This document shows, one piece after another, positions 1 to 15,520 of a DNA stretch of 64,000 bases (the first letter of the stretch is position 1; every line of letters starts with the position of its first letter). Source of the stretch: the human T2T-CHM13v2.0 reference genome, Homo sapiens; NCBI RefSeq assembly GCF_009914755.1, contig NC_060945.1; one strand, given 5' to 3'. The position numbers were made by a program, and so were the translations under genes. Under the pieces are notes generated by a model. That model was not told the DNA's origin, ran no database searches, and saw only the letters and a program-made list of their open reading frames with translations.

Positions 1-2200
1 GCTTATCTACATATGTTAATGAATCTAACTCATTTATTGAAAGAAAAAGAAATCTAATCATAAGATAGATCAATTGATCATTTAATAGATCAATTCAAAA
101 GGAAATGAACTATTCAAATACTAGAAGAAAACAAAGGTAAATTCCTCTCTAACTTATGGTTTGGAAAATATTTTTACATATGACTCAAATTCTGCATTCA
201 AGAAAATGTAGATATCTCTGACTTTAAAAGATTTTAAAAAACTTTGTTTTCCAAACTACCATAAAAAACCAACAAGTGACAAAAGCAAATAACAAAAACT
301 TAGAAGAAACTTGTAATAACAGAGATAAAGGATTAATGTATATTTTAAGAATATGAAACACTCTTAAAATTGAAGGAATCAAGACCAAAACCATACAGGA
401 AAATAAACAAAACATGAATAGGGATGTCCCAAAATTATATAATGACCTTTAAAACATGATATATTTACATTCACTTATAATAGATGCATACATCTCAAAA
501 CCATGCTGAGATACCACTTCTTGTCTGTCAGATTATCAAAAATTAAAATCTTGGTAACTTATTCCATTGGTGAGGCTATTACAAAACAGTCTCACAGATT
601 CATACTTTATAAAAGAAAATTTGGCTATATTGAACAAACCTATATGTTTATACTGTTACTTAGAAATTTCACTGAATATAAGCTTCTGTAAATATAAAAA
701 TAGTTCTTATAGCACCAGGTATAATTACAGAATACTGAAAACAAATTAGTTACCTGTATACAGGGCATTGCTTAAATACACTCTGATAAATACTCAGATG
801 GCGGTAATAGCAGCTGCAAAAGAAATGTGGAAAATTTCTATTAACTGATATTGACTAACTTATAGGCTGTATTAATTACATTTAAAAAGAAGCCTTCAAA
901 ATATTGTATTTTTTTCTATAAGAAAAAGAGGATGATAATTAAGTACTCATGCATCTGCTTAGTTTTACAAAGATCAACCCAGTAGAGATAAGCTAGACAA
1001 AATTCTAATTGATTATTTACAAGCGTGAGTAGGAACAGATTGGAAATGTTGGTGGTGATGGTTTGAGACTTCTCTATGTCTACCTTTTTTGTAGCTTTTA
1101 CTTTTTGAAACCACATTGCAAAATAAAACCAATGAGCTAGAAAAAAAATTAGAAATACAAACAGCAACTAAGGAAACTCTGTATTTCAAATGACTAATAT
1201 GACCAAGGTAAAAAAACAGGAAATAACTAACCAATGCAACTTAAAAACGGAGTATTGTATTGATACATCATCAGTTTACAAAGAAAAATAACCCTAGACA
1301 AATACTGTACTATAGTTACTAGGTTTGGGTTTTTTTGGCTATGATATTGCTAGAAATTCTAAAACTACCCTAATTTTAGCTTTAAGCAAACAAATTATTA
1401 TACTGAGGATAAATGGAGCCAGATTTCTCACTGATGAAGAAATGAATTACGAATACGTAAATGGAAGGAGAGTAGACCCTGTGGTGTTTAACCAGGCATT
1501 TAGGTATCATTGTGAACACATGGTCAAAGTCTTTGTGGAGAGGTAGCTGATTTTAGGACTGGGCAAGTAAAGTACAAGATGAAATTAGAACATCTTCTTT
1601 TGTTAGAAAGCAAGTTGCATTAAAAATAAATAGGGCATTAAAAAATACACACTGAATTCAGTTTGAAGGGGTTTTTATTGGATAAATCTGGGGCAATTTG
1701 ACAATCAAAATTAATAATAATAAAGTATCAACAAATTAAAAACCAATAAATCAAATGAGAAATCATGTATTTATACATATGTAAATAAATACACAATTGT
1801 ATAAAGAGGGTAAAAGGAAAAATATTCATTTAGGGTGGAATTATACCTAATAAATGTACAGGAATGATAGAATTATGGAGATTTTTCAAACTGTCATTTA
1901 GCAGTCATCATATTAATAATTATTTCAAGTAAGATTCAGCAACTGATGCCAAAATAGATGGTAAAAGTTTGCTGAGAAGTAGGGCGTGAAAATTTTATAT
2001 ATATGTAAAAACATATATATCAGACTACCTATGCATACATAAACATAAACACATACACACATTTATATGAGAGAGAGAACAAATATAATAATATTTAAAA
2101 TAGAGAAATATGGTTGGAGGGTATATGGAAATTCTTAACACTATTCTTGCAAATTTGCTATAAGCTTTAAAGTATGTGGAAATAAAAAATTATAAAAATG
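1..2200 (+). mobile_element. Old L1M (L1MC-like) ORF2 3' end and 3'UTR, highly decayed
   Basis: ORF2 C-terminal remnants (ctagaagaaaacaaagg; atgctgagataccacttc), L1MC-type UTR motif gggcaagtaaagtacaagatgaaattagaacatctt (~1561), typical L1M terminus actattcttgcaaatttgctataag...aataaaaaatt at ~2140-2195. Boundaries approximate. Confidence 0.7.
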
Positions 2201-2537
2201 AGAAATTGCTTTACCCACGTGACCCCAATTTTAGTTGCTACAAAATGGGATATAAAGTATAATTTCAATTATAAAAATGACGTATGTAAAAACCATAGTA
2301 TAGTTACAGACCACTATAGATTCTAGACAAATAACAGTTTTATCTTCTTTTTCAAAAGTGGCAAAATTGTTACATTTTAATTTTGCCAACTCATAAACAA
2401 TATCTGAACATTTTGTTTCTGCATTGCATATTATTACAACACTAACTCACAAACTTCTAACATAATAATTATTTTCTTCTTAAAAGTAGGGAATCTCTGC
2501 TTTAAAATATCTGAAACACTTTTCTAAGATGATAGAA

Positions 2538-2785
2538 GTTGTGTAGTTTAAAAATAAGACCTTGATTTTGGAAGCAGACATAGGTTCCGATTCGAGCTCA
2601 TACGTTTTCAACTGCTTGCTTTGACATAGTTACTTAGGCTCTCCACAGTTCAGTTTCATTGCCAGTATCATAAGAATAACTTAATTCTTATTTAATGGGT
2701 TTCTTGAAGCCCAAAGGAGAAATTCAAGAAAATACCTAGCACAATGCCTGTGCCATAAATAAATGTTAATACATATTAGCTATCA
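2538..2785 (+). mobile_element. MIR SINE
   Basis: Degenerate MIR core (ggttccgattcgagctc...agttacttaggctctc...cagtttc) and 3' end (cctagcacaatgcctg...taaatgttaatacatattagctat). Confidence 0.65.
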
Positions 2786-5126
2786 CAATGGATAAGGGTT
2801 ACACATAATTAATTGAGATTTTTAGGTATTGTTTCTTCTTAAACCACTACCTGTGGAACCCTTCCATAGATATAAAATCTTAACCAATTCATGATCTAAA
2901 ATTAAGTTGATGATTTGTGCTACTCGCACATTGAATAGAATGAGCATAGATTTTTTTCAATATCTTTCTTTTACAAGCAAAAGAAAAATAAAAGCAAAAC
3001 TCTAAAGTGAGTTCCTCAAAGTGACACTTCAAATGATTTTCTTTGTTCTCAGTTTCTACTCTCATTAGAAATGTTCTGAAAATATTTCACTCTCTCATCA
3101 ACTACCTGAGGGTTTTATAAGAACGTTTTTTAAATATTATTTGCAGGACAGAGATATACTGTTCAATTGAGAATGAAAAATGTCTCATACATTTATTTAA
3201 CTTGCCAATCTGTAATTTACTCACTGTCCATTTAAAAACATTTTTATTGTTATTTATTAAGCCTTACTCTGGAAGCCCAAATCCTTTATTTCATTATTGC
3301 AATAATAAAGCCAGCAATGCAAGAAGAGCGGAGAAAATTGGTTTTCCTATCGGTGTTTGAGGTCTACATTATTAGACTGCTTCTCTGTCTGCGGATACTC
3401 TGCACACTTTGAATACTGACTTCAAGGGTTTTAGAACATCGATGGGCTTTTAGTCAAAAAAAAAGTCTAAAATACAAATATTATTTTTAAAATTTAGCTG
3501 ATTATCTTAAGCAAAAATTAAGTTTTTTTCTTTTTTTAAATTTTTTGTCTGATATTTTGAACCCATAAAGAAATTAAAATTACATAGAATGTTTTTATGT
3601 CCTAAAACAAGGAGATAATAGCCATAGAGGTTTTATTAGGCAATTAGTAGCTATAAAACTGAAGGAATGGTAGGATGATTAATTTTTTTGATTTACTTAT
3701 TTAAAATCCAACCATAGGAAGAAGAAAATGATACTTCAAATGCTTTAAAAAATGAAGGTATCGTTTAACATATTAACATTATTTTAATAATAATATATTT
3801 ACATTATAATTATTTCTTAACACTGAAATATATGAAAATCTCTAAATCCTTTATCTGGAGTTTAAAAAGTTAAAATCTAAGCTATTTAAAAAATGAAATG
3901 CATATGTCTTTGAAAGACAAAAGCAATAATCTAATAGACTCCCATTTTCAAAGGAACAATAATTTTCTCTTAGGTATACCTCTGATCATAGATTTAGCAA
4001 TATCAAGGTAATTTGTAGCACAAAATAATACACCACTGGATGTTAAAGACTTAGATCAACAAAATTCACTAATCATCGTTCCAATTCTTTAATTTTATAG
4101 CTCCTAATTGCATAATAAAATCTCCATGACTATTATCTCTTCCTTTTATGACATATATACATTTTGTGTAATTTTAATTTAAGAATTCAAAATATCAGAC
4201 AAGAAATTCAGTATATAGCCTACAAAATACTGTAGTATAAAATAGGGCAAAGTACCACCGGGCCATTTAAGAAACCGTCTGATTTGTGTGACTTAGTACT
4301 TCTTTGCCTATGAAGCATAGTCTGAGTCTGAAAAACTGGTGACAGTTAAAAGTCTGCAGCGTTCCACTTTTTTGATTTTTATGGATCTGTACAGTGGTCC
4401 TTATCCTAGAAAATTAGCCATTGAATTCATTTGGGGCATCATGTGCCCTGAGCAATGTATTTTCAGGCCTGTGCATATCAATAATTTAAAGTAAAAGGGT
4501 GAAGCGCGATCAACAGTTAAGCTCTTAAAACGTGCCTTTTAATTAGAAAAGGGTGTTAAAATAAGGCAACACTTTAAAGTAAAATGATACCCATTTGTAA
4601 CATATTGGCAATTAAACTCACTTCTTTTTCATTATTCCTTAGACACCCCGTGCTGTACTTACAAGGCAATTCTAACTCTTTAAAGCTAGTTTTGAATCAC
4701 AAGCTTAAGCTGACAGTTACCAGGTTCCGTTTCTCATTCTTGGTCTTTAAGTTCCTACATGCTGCTTTTGAAAACTGAACAGACATTTCCTTCTTTAGAT
4801 ATTATGTTTCTTCAAAACATCATATTTATTTACAACAATTTATTGTCTATATTGTGCCAGCGAAAATATAATAAGATGTTAAGTAAACTTTATATTCAGT
4901 AGCCCGATGCTGTTGATAAGGTCTGAGGAATTTTAATTTTTAAATCTTACATGCAGTACACTTAAATGAATAATACCTTCTTCTTGATGCAGACTATGTA
5001 ACCTAAACATTCTTGACAAAGTGATGAGTTTGACCATTCCCTTGAGGTACATTTGCATCTATTTAAGTACAATTTAATAAGTGCCTACTCTTTGGCAGGC
5101 ATTGTGAACGGAGAAATGGCCTAATC

Positions 5127-5250
5127 AGATGCCACCTAGGGATGTTTCGGTCAATGGTGGACTGTGTGCATGACGGTGGTCCCACAAGTTTATAATACCA
5201 TGTTTATACTGTGTTTTTCCTATGTTTAACCATCTTTAGATATACAAAAT
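5127..5250 (+). mobile_element. Tigger3a (MER7A)-like DNA transposon, 5' fragment
   Basis: gatgtttcggtcaatggtggactg...gacggtggtcccacaagtttataatacc...tttagatatacaaa matches the recalled Tigger3a 5' end; the right half is absent. Confidence 0.7.
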
Positions 5251-5447
5251 TGGCATTGATAAAATACCGTTAACTACAACACAAATCTTGTGCTCAGTTT
5301 TGCAAGTTTTAGATAACTTATTTAACTTATTTTTCACAAACATGCATAGGCAATACAGTGAAAAAAAATGTAGTGTTTTTAATAAATCTTTCAAGAACAC
5401 TTGGACATCTATATGCCAAAAACATAAAAATGGATTTACACTATATA

Positions 5448-6946
<1,499 letters not shown>

Positions 6947-7499
6947 TGTATTAATCTTAAGTGAAAAACATTCTCTGCAAGGAAAAACCTTTTTATCTGC
7001 ATTGCATGTATAAAAAACACACAAATATTTCCATTTCAGAAAAGTAAATGAAATTTGTAATTAAAACCATTTTTATTACTAATAAATATAAACATCATAC
7101 TGTACATACTCTCAAATAAATGTTAGACTTTTTAAAAAATGTCCACTTTATGTAAGAAAATACTTCATGTATTTAGCAGAAGAATGATTGATCTAATTGC
7201 AGTATACAGCTCCAAAGAGTAGGAGTAAATATTTTGAAGAAAGCATGATAGTCTTTCTCATTCTCATATTGTATTCCTCCATGACTCTTATCTTTCTCAA
7301 TATCCTGGTAGCTTTCATAATTTATCAGAGCCATTTTTGAGGCTATTCATATGAAGGATTGATTACTGTGGAATTAATAAATGTCAAAGGTTTATACTTC
7401 TATCATTTCTTTATTTGACTAATATTTAATGGGCTCAATTATGCTCCAAGCATTTAGTTACCTTTGCATGCACTTTTGTCATGTGTTAGATTTACTTTC

Positions 7500-7780
7500 A
7501 CACCTCTGGGCCTTCACACATGACATTCCTCTTGTCTGGAATGACCTTTTCCTTATTCTTTACTTGAATTTTTAATTTGCCTTTAGGTCTTAAGCAAGGT
7601 TTGACCTCAAGGAAGCTTTCTCAAACTCTCTGGTGCAGTGTGATTAAAAATGTTCCTCTTCAGGAGTCACAGAGGATTCTTTGCTATATCTGTAAGTGTA
7701 CTTATTTCTACATATTATAATAATTAATTTTTTCTGCCCTATGATCAGATTCTCTATAACAGCCAAGAGTTAAGGGTTTC
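7500..7780 (+). mobile_element. L2 fragment
   Basis: ctctgggccttcacacatgacattcctcttgtctggaatgacc resembles the L2 3' region. Confidence 0.5.
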
Positions 7781-9831
7781 AAAATTATTTATTTAAATGA
7801 ATTCACTATACACTTCAGATAGTTCTTAGAAATAATCATAAATTTAGAATTTTGCATGTTTGTCATTTACATGTAGTTTTGAAGGATCACAATTTCTAAA
7901 GTCGTTTCTACTATGTTTCATTAAACTATTTGTTGAAGAATTATATGTGCCACATAATGTGATAGAAACTGAAATTGGACCATATAAAATGACTATATAA
8001 ATAGACTTTGACACACTTCTGGTTCTGAACGTGATGAGCAGGGAATATTACATTATTACACCAATCCTCTCACTGAGAAAAACAATGGCAATAACAATTA
8101 AATAATGCTTACAAGATATGCATTTTAACTATAAGCATACCCAGCATTCAAAGTATACTGATGATAAAAAGATTTACCATGTTAGCACAAACTAAAAGAA
8201 TAACACAGCTAATGAATATAACATCAAATAAAATACTGGAAAAGACTTATTACTAGACATAAGAATAATATTTTATAATGATAAGTGCTAACATTCAAGA
8301 AGAAAAAATATTACATTTTTATATACTCTATACACAAAAAATGATGACTATAATGGAAGTGACAAATCCATAATTATATTGCAGATTTTAAAAACCCCTC
8401 TCTTAGTAAATGACAGAAAAATTAAACTATAAAATCAGTAGGGAAATAAGAGAGTTGAAAATACATTTGAAAAACCGAATCGTATTTTCATATATAAAAC
8501 ATAAGAGCAACAGTAGAATATTTTATTTTTAATTTCACGTGAAACATTCAACAAAATAGAAAATATCTGACCAAAATTTAAAACCAATACCCACAAGTCA
8601 AATCTTAACAAAATTTTAAATAATGACATTATTGAGTGTGTGTTTTCTCTGCACAGTAGAATTAAACTAGAAATAATAAATAATAATAAAACTAAAACCA
8701 CATGCCTTTAGACATTTAGGAATACACTTATATATGAATATTATAACCTATGATTTAAAGAAGAAATCTAAATCTAAATTTGAATTTATTTTGGTCATGA
8801 GTTATAATGAATATATGATAGAAACTTGTAGATGCAAAACAGCAATTCTTATGGAAAAGCTTCTAACAAAAATGCACTTATTAGAAATAGAGACTGACAA
8901 TCAATACCTTAAGGAGTAATACACCCCTCACACCTACACACACAAAAGTAGCAAAAAAGGAAATAATAAAGGTATGAGCAAAAAAACCAATGATTTAGCA
9001 ATAAATCATATAAAAGAGAAACCAAACAAGGCTAAAAGTTGTTTTTTAAAAGATAAATAAAATGCTCATATCTCTAGGAATGTTGTTATACTTAAAAAAT
9101 AAAAGCTATGAGTTATACTTAGTAAAAATGAAGAAAAGAAATTCTTTTATCAGTTAGAACATGAAACGGTTATCAGAGGAAAACAATTTTATGTCAATAA
9201 CTTTTAAGTTATATGAAATAGATCAACTTTTTGAAAAACAGGATTTTCCAAATGAATTCAGGAAGATATAGAAACATAAATAGTCCTATATTCAGAAAAT
9301 TTACTGATTCAATAATTTATACTATTGTCTTAAAAAGTTAATTGTCAGTTGCTATAATACCTTAAGGAAGAACTAATGCCAATGTTATAGAAACTGTTTT
9401 AGAGAATAGAGAAAAGGGAACATTTTCAAGAAATTGTATGAGGCTAGCATATTACTAATACTAAAACCTTACAAAAACAGTAGAAAGTAAACTTATCTCT
9501 TTTATGAATATTATCTTCATGAATATAAATGAATATGAATTCATTCTGTCATGAATATAAAATCAAATATTTTAAGCAAAATGAACAATTGGAAGTCAGT
9601 ATATGTAAGAAGATAATATATAATGGAAAGGTTTACGTTATGGCTAGGTTGAATTTAGCAATTTTTAGCAGAACTACTATACATATTAGCAATATAGAAC
9701 ACAAAATCATCTAATGATTTTTATTAGGTGTGAAATAATGTAAAAAATTTGATAAAATTCAACATCTGTGTATGGAAATTCTCTTAGCACACTAAAATAT
9801 CCTAATTCTTCAATTTGATGAAGAATTTCTA

Positions 9832-10170
<339 letters not shown>

Positions 10171-10345
10171 CTTTATATTGACTAGTACTATATTGAAAGC
10201 TTGTTTTCTGAGACTGAACATGATAAACATATACTGTATCACTGTTTCTATCTAACATAGTCCTGGTAGTTCTAAAAATCAGGCAGGAAAATGATTTTAA
10301 AAAACAAATGAAAAAATAAAACTTAGGCACAAGTGTCATCACTGT

Positions 10346-10717
10346 TGTCTTTATCCAGTCAGGCTGCTATAGCAAAATACATTAATACATTAGACTGGGT
10401 ACTTTGTAAACAACAGAAATTTATTGCTTACAGTTCTGGAAACTGGGAAGTCCAAGATCAAAATGCCAGCCAATTTCCCTGGTGAGGACTTGCTCTGTGC
10501 TTCTTTAATGGCAACTCGTAGCTGTGTCCTCACATGACAGAATGATAATCAAGCTCCCTTGTGCTCTTTTATAAGGGCACTAATTTCATGCATGAGGGTG
10601 GAGCTTTCATGACCTGATTATCTCCCAAAAGCCTCACCTCTTAATACCATTGCATTGAGGATTAGATTTCAATGTATGAATTTGGGGGTGAGGGGTAGAA
10701 ACATTCTGACTATGACA
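10346..10717 (-). mobile_element. MaLR solo LTR (MLT1A-like)
   Basis: TG...CA ends; aaacaacagaaatttatt...cagttctgga...gggaagtccaagatcaa; tataagggcactaat; 5-bp TSD actgt/attgt. Confidence 0.85.
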
Positions 10718-10889
10718 ATTGTATATGAAGTTTAATTCGACAGGTAAATTAACAGAATTAAGCAGTGAATTTAGTAGGGTTGCTAGGCAAAAGGCCAAAT
10801 ACAAAAATCAAATGATTTTTATTACAGTAATAGCAACTACTAGAAAATGAAATTATGTATAATTTAAAATACCATCAAAAATATCTCAC

Positions 10890-11420
10890 ACCAAATCAAA
10901 AACATTGAGAACACCCAAAGCTGTTGAGGATGTGGATCAACAGGAAGACTCACTCATTGCTGCTGGGATTGAAAATGGTGCAGCTACTTTGGAAGACATG
11001 TTGGCAGTTTTCTACAAAATGAAATGCTCTTATGAAATGATCCAACATTTACACCCTTTAATAGCCACTCAAATGGGTTGAAAAGTTACACCCATACAAA
11101 AACTTTTGTCAGCGCACTCCTGAAAGCACTTTTTATCATGACATTAATCCATTTATGAGGGTGGATCTCTCATGGCCTAATCACCTCTTAAACATCCCAC
11201 CTGCTAATATACTGTTACAATGGCAATTAAATGTGAACATGAGTTCTGGAGAAAACAAACATTCAAACTAGAGGAGTCACCATCTGCGAAAATTGATCCT
11301 GTGCTCATTTCATGACCTCAGCATTTCACTCATAGGTAAATTCTCAACAGAACTAAATAAAAATCTAGAATATGTATTAGAATGTTCACATAAGCTTTAT
11401 TCATAATGACATTAAAATAT
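10890..11420 (+). mobile_element. L1M 3'-end fragments, split by a partial MaLR LTR
   Basis: gaggatgtggatcaacaggaa...ctcattgctgctggg...aaatggtgcagctactttggaagac; gaatgttcac...gctttattcataat. Confidence 0.65.
11115..11276 (-). mobile_element. Partial MaLR LTR (MST/MLT1A-like)
   Basis: cattaatccatttatgagggtgga...ggcctaatcacctcttaaa...gttacaatggcaattaaat...acaaacattcaaac. Confidence 0.65.
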
Positions 11421-11929
11421 ACTTCCACTTTACCCACTGCAAGCATTTATGTTTTCATAACATTATGCTACAGTAGTACTTAGTAATTTTGAAAATGTTT
11501 TGAAAAATTAGCAAGACTCCTTTCAGTCTAAATCAACTTCAGTCTTTATATTTAATTTACCAGGCATATTAAACAGTGAACACTTACATATAAATAACCC
11601 ATGTCTTTCATGTGGTTTCCTTGGCATTATGTATAAATATTTGATATAACAATACAGAAAAAAATAGAAGTTAAACATGAATCTCTCTTAATTATTTGCA
11701 AAACATTTGATTAGACTTATGGTGATATGAACTGTTAAAAACATCCTTTCTTATGAATAGTCTTGAAGTATTTGAATAGGTCAAAGAGATAATTAATTAA
11801 TGGGCAGAAGAAATATTTGTCTTGAATCTCTAAAACAACAACAAAAAAAAATGTGCTTTCCTTTCTCTTTTAGAAATGTCAGAAATTCCCCTCCTAAAGC
11901 CGACTTTATAATTTAAAGTTTTAATTCAC

Positions 11930-12238
11930 TCATGCCTGTAATCCTAGCACTTTGGGAGGCCAAGGCTGGCGAATCATGAGATCAAGAGATTGAGACCATC
12001 CTTGCCAACATGGTGAAACCTCATCTCTACCAAAAATACAAAAATTAGCTGGGCATGGTGGCATGGCGCCTGTAGTCCCAGCTACTCAGGAGCCTGAAGC
12101 AGGAGAATTGCTTGAACCTGGGAAGTAGAGGTTGCAGTGAGCCAAGATCGAGCCATTGAACTCCAGCCCAGGTGACACAGCGAGACTCCGTCTCAAAAAC
12201 AAATAAATAAATAAATAAAATAAATAAAAATTTTTTAA
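11930..12238 (+). mobile_element. AluSc-like, slightly 5'-truncated, (TAAA)n tail
   Basis: atcatgagatcaagagattgagaccatcc; perfect 15-bp TSD aaagttttaattcac (11915-11929 / 12239-12253). Confidence 0.95.
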
Positions 12239-12509
12239 AAAGTTTTAATTCACATTTAAAACCGTTTTCTAGAAAGTACAATACTTCCTATTAATCTCAG
12301 TCACTCTCTCTGTCTCTCTTCCTCTTACGCACAAAGTAAAAATAAAATGAGATTTTTCTAAGGTTAGATGGTGAGACCTCTTTCATGTGAAACCCTGATT
12401 TCATGATATGTCTTAAATAATGTGTGAGGCATATTTAATTAAGGGATGGGGGGGCAGCAAGAGATGATGGTGTTGTCTGTTCTTATTTACAGACTACTAT
12501 GAAAAGTGG

Positions 12510-12985
12510 GACTATGTGTGGCAGATCCTTTAATTTTTCAGTGTCCCGTCTCTAGGCAAACCTGTTTTCAGCATAACAATTTGAGCGTGTGATATCCATT
12601 TTTCTGCTCTCTGCCACAGGTTCTTGTTTAAACAAAGGGAGAAGTGCAGTTAGGAGGTAGAACTGAGTTCATAGCTTACCTCCTTCCCCACAAGAACCAA
12701 ATGAGAATGGGAGCCCAGAGACAAATGTCCCAGATTATCTCCTTTATGCAGACAATTCTGGGAGGCATATGATGCTCAGATTTCCTGGATGAATTGAGTC
12801 CTTAAAACCTGACTGAGAAAATTCAGTCTCACACCTCTTTTTCCACTCTCCTGTATCTGACATTTCTTTTCCACACTCTTATTTGCTGGAGTTCCAGTCT
12901 TTCCCCCTCACTCTACCACACATACTCCCTGTACCCTAGTCTTGTTTCATAATGTGATTTTTGAGGTAACATAAAATTAAAAAGC
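12510..12985 (+). mobile_element. Possible ancient ERVL LTR (LTR16-like)
   Basis: Higher-GC patch whose 3' end (gtcttgtttcataatgtgatttttgaggtaacataaaattaaaa) loosely resembles the LTR16 terminus; weak. Confidence 0.3.
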
Positions 12986-15212
12986 TGCTTTGAAATAACG
13001 CAAAAAGAAGTGTCATTTGATTTAATGTGTAAAAAGCATAGGAAAGCTGAAAGTTACTGAGAGGTTTATATTTTAGGATAGCATAGAAATAATCATAGCG
13101 TTATAGCTAGGAACAAAAGTGTATCTATCCTCTTTCCTTCAATACATTAGTGAAAATATAGGTTATATACCATTTGCAAATTGCAGATAGTCAAATGCAA
13201 AGCTGGAGAGTAAAATCTTCTTAGAGATGAAGTTAGAACTCAGAAATCTTTAAACTTGTCTAGTTAGAGAGAAATACTTATTTCCTGTAACTACTTTGTT
13301 TAAAGCTTTTATATATGATGTCATTTAGTTGGAGGACAAAACAATAGTGTTACAACAGAATTCTTAATGTTTTAGTGCCATTTACAATGAAATGTCACAA
13401 TCTGAAACTTACTTTGATTCATAAGCAGTTCTCAAGCTTTATTTTTCAACAAGTTCCTTCCACTTATCTCTTGTGTTTCTCTGTAATGTTGATGTGCAAT
13501 GTATGTGTATCAAGCAAAGAGTATAAAAATAAAATCTTTTGGGTAAAAATTTCTCACAATATACTTTCCAATATATTATGTTCACAAGTAGTTTGTTATA
13601 AGATTCTTTCTTTTTTTTCCTGTTGCATAAAGCAGAAAATATTGTATAAAAAGCAGTGAACTATCATTTACATTTTTCTCCAAATTACAATATTTAGAGA
13701 GCCTTAGGAACTTTAATGGTACTGCTTACCTGATGTGCTCATAGTAATCTGTTTATTATAGTGTTGCTTAAACTACTGCTGATTTACATGTTAACAGGCA
13801 TATTATTTAATCAATGACATCAAACTCTGGTATTGAGAGTATAACTGTACTTCTTCATAAACTGGTGGATTGCAGAGCTGTGTTAAGTAAAACAAATAAC
13901 AATTTATGTCTCTTGTTAGAACATATTCTGCTGCTTATTTTCTTTTAAAGTCTTTTATGTGGAATCAATGTCAGGAGAGCATTTTATACTAATTTTTGTT
14001 TTTACTCTTTAAAGTACGTTAATGGCATCTTCTGGTTTCCCTATTGAGTTTCCTAAAATGGAAATTTGACAGCTAAGTATAATATACAGTTCATTAAATT
14101 TGAAAATAAAGTGAATCTCTGCATATTTATAGTACAATAATGGATTCATTCTGATAATTGCTAAGGTGTTTTGAGCCAAAAGTATGTGAAATATTCAGAA
14201 AGTTTGGAAATATATGGCATAAATATTTGTTTTTGAGGATGTATAAATCCAAAACTAAGATGGATCTGGTGTATGAATGCATGTTGAATCTGTTGAGTAA
14301 AGGTTTTTGGAGATGAGCAATTTCCTTCTGCAAGGTAAATGCAAATTTTTCAAGACAGCAGAGTGTTGTGTGCAAAGGCAGAAAAGATATTAACTAAATT
14401 ACCTGCTGTCCTGGAGACATTAATTTGCTTCATCGAGAAAGGTATTCTCAGAGTATTTTACTGATTCAGATTCATGATGGGGTCGAATGCATATCTTCCT
14501 GCTTAACAGTCAACCCTACATTAAACTATTTATGAAGGATAAAAGTAAATTGATCATGTATTTCTCAAGTTCTTTTGAAGGTAGCAAATAGATTAAACAG
14601 GATGTGGAAGAGTTTAGACTTCAGATAATCCTGGCTTTCTGTTATATTAATTAATGTTACATGCTTGTTAGTATATAAGTGTCTAATTTCAGTCAAAATC
14701 TCTATTTAGCTTAATAACATTTCCAGTTCCTGGATATTTAATGGCTGACATTGAAAATAAGCATGTAATGCCTGTGTCTTCCTAACCATGTAGAATGAAG
14801 ATTATAGTGGCTATTGTTATTTTTATTATTATTACATAGCATATTCAGTTGTGTGGTGTGACATCTATTAATTGAAAAAAAAACACAAGTAAGGACATTG
14901 CAATAATAAATATTAAGAAAGCTTAATTTCAACCAAAAACTTAGATGTTAATTCTGTGAGCATAATTTTTGGCAAAAAAAGAAGTAAGCAAGTTATATTT
15001 TTTTCTCTATTCTTTACCATTGATTATAGCAAAGTTTTATTAACTCACCACACAACAAATACAAAGGGAAAAGATAGAAGAGGAAAAAAAGGAATGCCTT
15101 CAACTACTCAGCGATTGAGTACATTATCAACCCTCTCACCTTGCTTGCTCTTATTAGAAAGAAAAGATACGTTAAGACTAGTTCAATTTTCTCTACAAAT
15201 CAGATTCAGTTT

Positions 15213-15252
15213 ACACACACACACACACACGCACACACACACAATACACACA
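15213..15252. repeat. (CA)n microsatellite, interrupted
   Basis: Seen directly. Confidence 0.9.
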
Positions 15253-15520
15253 TATGTCCTAAATTTTCCAGGATTTTTTGCTACATTAAAGATTATAAGT
15301 ATAATTATTTTATAGGCTTATTATATTATTATTACCTTATTTTTTCATTCGAATAATGATTTTAGAGCACATACACATATATAAATGTATACCTACTGAC
15401 ATAGTTCTACATGTGAATATATTGAAGATATACCTACCATGCTTAATAGAGAAAGCATTCGAGTTGGTGAGTTAATTATTTGTAATTTTGCCACAAAATT
15501 TCAGACATATTTATTTTTCT